From Spirochaetia bacterium (lineage in GTDB: Bacteria; Spirochaetota; Spirochaetia; Sphaerochaetales; Sphaerochaetaceae): DNA of 64,000 nucleotides. The stretch is from positions 252 through 64,251 of the forward strand of contig CAAGIP010000211.1 in assembly GCA_900769955.1 (NCBI GenBank), given 5' to 3'. The position numbers and the translations under genes were made by a program. Below the pieces are notes generated by a model. The model was not told where the DNA came from. It worked only from the letters and a program-made list of their open reading frames with translations, and did no database searches. Shown piece after piece: positions 61,160-64,000 of the stretch (positions are counted from its first letter, which is position 1; every line of letters starts with the position of its first letter).

Positions 61160-64000
61160 ATGAAATATCATACGACACTAACAACAGCAGTAATTTCATT
61201 CCTGATACTGTCCGTATTCGTGTTCGTTTCCGTTTTCGCATGTTTTGAGCTCAATATCGATTCTCCCGGTTACCTTGTGCTTTCACTCATCGATGACAGG
61301 ATTAGTCTGCCGGATGACTATGATTTCTCATACAGTGACATTGACAGGATAATGAGTTCTTCAGTCACGGTTAACGGGATTAAAGTGGAAACACCGGCAT
61401 TCATACTGGAAGCCGATAAGCTTACCGTGTATGAAAACCCGTTTTCACTTCTGAAAAGCTTCCTCACGGGAAAGGGAAGGATAGAGGCTGATGCCGATGA
61501 TGTGAGACTTATTCTGAAACAGCCTGAAAAGACACAGAGCGCTCAAGCTTTAACACCGGAAGAAATAATTGAACTCATCAGGGGCCTTGACGATGCTTCC
61601 TCATTACTCCCTGATTCAGTTTTGAAAAAGCTTTCATATTCATTCAATATCAGGAATATGTCAGTCACTGCGGGAAACATAAGCGTTGCCAGACTGAAGT
61701 GCAACCTCCAGGTTGATGAGAATTATGTCTTCCGCTCCTTCGTGACCGAGATTCCCGAGTTCACATACGAAGGAACATCAATAAAGGCACTTGCCCTCAA
61801 GGCAGGAAACGACGGAAAACTGTATTCCCTGGCACTTTCAGGGGATAAGATCATGAGCAGTACAGATGCCTTCAGCATCTCAGTTGAGCAGCCCAGAATC
61901 TCGATGGAATTTCCTTCCTTCAGGAGTCTTGAGCTCTATGATCTCCCGATTGTGCTCTCATCATCAGACGTTGCCCTGACGGTGGGGGATGTGAATGCAC
62001 GTCTTGAAGGTATGAAATTTGAAGCGTCAGACGGTGTGCTGTACTGGGAGACAGGAAAAATAAATTCCGCTTTGAGCTCTTACTCACTTTCAGCTGATCC
62101 CATTACCGGTGTATTTGACTTCACTGCCGATGACGGTGCCGTACTGAGTCTGAAACTGAAGGATGAACTTGTACTTCTTCAGGACGGAGAAAGAGTTGCC
62201 AGAATCAGTGACATTGAGGCAGATGCCACATATCTTACCGCTCTCAGCGTGAGCGCGGGGGCAGGGGAAGCGGAAATCAGTAAGCTTTCGGATCTGACAT
62301 CAGGCTATATCAGCGATGCAGGTCTGTCATCCGTTACCTTCACTATGCAGCACAGTGATGCCGAAACCTTTGCAGATGCATCGTTCCTGCTTTCACTCGT
62401 AAGCGGGAACTCACTGATAGACGGAACATCGGCTGAAATAAGCGGAGATGTCTATCTGAAGGGAAAGAAAGCTGAGGAATTATCCATCTCCCTTGAAAAC
62501 ATAGAAACCCCCTCCCTTCCCGACACGCTCAGTGCACGCTTCGGCTTCAGTAACGGAGATTACAGCGCCAACCTTAATTATCAGGACATGCTGACTCTCA
62601 GCGGAAGGTATGGTGAGACCTACAGCGGAGAGCTTACGCTCTCAGGCTTCAGGGCTGACAGGCTCAATATGCTGATAGACAACTATTTCCCGATCGTGAA
62701 GAGGTATATCGGAAGCGATACTCTCATGAACGGATACCTCAGGGTACTTTCTGACAGGAATGGAAAGGGAAGCCTTTACTCCTCGATCGCATTGGATGGC
62801 ATCCACTTCAATGAAAGGGTTTTCGGTCTGGCATCGGGCTTAAGCGCCTCCGTTACCGACATTGGAATTGAGGACATAAGACTGACGCTTACAAGTGAAC
62901 TTCTCAGATTCAGCTACGACGGAAGCGTGAGCTACCAGACCTTCCTTCCCGAAGGTGCCTTCACCGCTTCACTTACCCAGACAGGTAAACAGCTGTTCTC
63001 CCTGTCCATCACTCCCGGCCAAAAGGAATATGATTTCACGGCAAGACTTCTTGAACGCAGTCAGGGATATCTCAAAGGAAAGATCAACTGGGCACGTAAG
63101 GACATAATTCAGGCGCTTGGCGAGATCAGAAGCAGCGCAAGCCTCTATCCCTTCGACCTTTCGATCGACCTCGGGGCAGGAAGGGCTGATCTGCTTTCTG
63201 ACAACATGCTCCTGACAGTCGATTACTCCGACCAGCTCGACATATTCCTTTCATTTGATTCATTCCCACTTCCCGTGAGCGACCTTTCGGTACAGCCCAT
63301 CACGATTGACGGCTCATTATCATACTACTTCAACTTCGCCGAGCAGATAAGCCTTTTGACGATCACGGATCTGGCATTCAGGAACATCAGGTACATAAAG
63401 TCAAATCCCGAGATCATAGTAAACGGCTCCTACAGCGACATGGCTGTGACTCTTGACAGGATAACGTGGCGTGACGGGTTTTCAGAACTCAGCGGCACTC
63501 TCGTCTGGCCGATAAGCGAAAGAAGGCTCGCAATGACGCTCGGAAACGATGGTGAGCGCCTTAACATATCGTTTCTTAAGGATGGCAGTAACTATACCGG
63601 TGCAATTACAGTTGATTCCCTGATCCTTGACAGATTCGGCTTTTCGGATGCACGTCTCAGTGCGGCCCTTATCGGAAGCGGGGAGAGCACCAGCGCCTTT
63701 GATTTCTCAGGTGAGCTTTCGGTATCCCCCTCCGACGGGAGTGAACGTTTCTCACTTGCAGGGAAGATCAGCCTCAATGACAGATCAGTCAGGCTATATG
63801 ACGTTGATTTCTCATTCGGCCCCATTTCCGTCATGATTCTGAATACAGGTTATTCGACTGAGAGCGGAAAACTTGACGGTGAACTGGACCTGAAAGTCAC
63901 AAAGCAGAACCAGGACCGCGATTATCTTGTAACCTCATCGCTTTCATATGAAATTCCCATCGGCAGTTTCAGATCCGTGACAGATGCGTTCTTCACCTCC
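61160..64000 (+). CDS. Very large AsmA/TamB-like protein, partial (runs off the window end)
   Basis: Starts MKYHTTLTTAVISFLILSVFVFVSVFA (membrane anchor), then beta-rich sequence. Its absence from the ORF track implies no in-frame stop before the window end. Adjacent to tmk, as I recall for Borrelia tmk-tamB-bamA. Confidence 0.65.
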   Translation, partial: MKYHTTLTTAVISFLILSVFVFVSVFACFELNIDSPGYLVLSLIDDRISLPDDYDFSYSDIDRIMSSSVTVNGIKVETPAFILEADKLTVYENPFSLLKSFLTGKGRIEADADDVRLILKQPEKTQSAQALTPEEIIELIRGLDDASSLLPDSVLKKLSYSFNIRNMSVTAGNISVARLKCNLQVDENYVFRSFVTEIPEFTYEGTSIKALALKAGNDGKLYSLALSGDKIMSSTDAFSISVEQPRISMEFPSFRSLELYDLPIVLSSSDVALTVGDVNARLEGMKFEASDGVLYWETGKINSALSSYSLSADPITGVFDFTADDGAVLSLKLKDELVLLQDGERVARISDIEADATYLTALSVSAGAGEAEISKLSDLTSGYISDAGLSSVTFTMQHSDAETFADASFLLSLVSGNSLIDGTSAEISGDVYLKGKKAEELSISLENIETPSLPDTLSARFGFSNGDYSANLNYQDMLTLSGRYGETYSGELTLSGFRADRLNMLIDNYFPIVKRYIGSDTLMNGYLRVLSDRNGKGSLYSSIALDGIHFNERVFGLASGLSASVTDIGIEDIRLTLTSELLRFSYDGSVSYQTFLPEGAFTASLTQTGKQLFSLSITPGQKEYDFTARLLERSQGYLKGKINWARKDIIQALGEIRSSASLYPFDLSIDLGAGRADLLSDNMLLTVDYSDQLDIFLSFDSFPLPVSDLSVQPITIDGSLSYYFNFAEQISLLTITDLAFRNIRYIKSNPEIIVNGSYSDMAVTLDRITWRDGFSELSGTLVWPISERRLAMTLGNDGERLNISFLKDGSNYTGAITVDSLILDRFGFSDARLSAALIGSGESTSAFDFSGELSVSPSDGSERFSLAGKISLNDRSVRLYDVDFSFGPISVMILNTGYSTESGKLDGELDLKVTKQNQDRDYLVTSSLSYEIPIGSFRSVTDAFFTS

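Overview
Gene-dense bacterial chromosome segment, very probably from a spirochaete. The supporting cues are recalled synteny and gene types: uvrA next to an LptD-like gene, folD next to a TP0733-like barrel, tmk next to a TamB-like gene, a long-form UPRTase, and an E-DUF2764-A-B-D-I-K V-ATPase operon. A host-associated Sphaerochaetaceae-like lineage is my guess, not a result. Most content is housekeeping: adk, rsgA, mutS2, V-ATPase, ispG, uvrA, phoH-HD-ybeY, gap-pgk-tpiA-secG, nusB-map, folD-miaB-cobB, tRNA-Val, tmRNA-smpB, lepB-hemW, yebC-ruvCAB-queA and tmk. I saw no CRISPR array, integrase, transposase or prophage. The most notable signals are: (1) about ten genes have a -10 box 6-8 nt before the ATG and no Shine-Dalgarno, consistent with leaderless mRNAs, and three divergent pairs share one TTG(T/A)CAA-type -35 core; (2) an orphan two-subunit aconitase X with divergent motifs converges on an enoate-reductase-type flavoenzyme, possibly an undescribed dehydration/reduction pathway; (3) the GAPDH in the native glycolytic operon looks Bacteroidales-like; (4) single surface-protein genes sit at the 3' ends of tRNA-Val and tmRNA; (5) arsC is a pseudogene. 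All family assignments come from motif recognition and memory; no database search was run.
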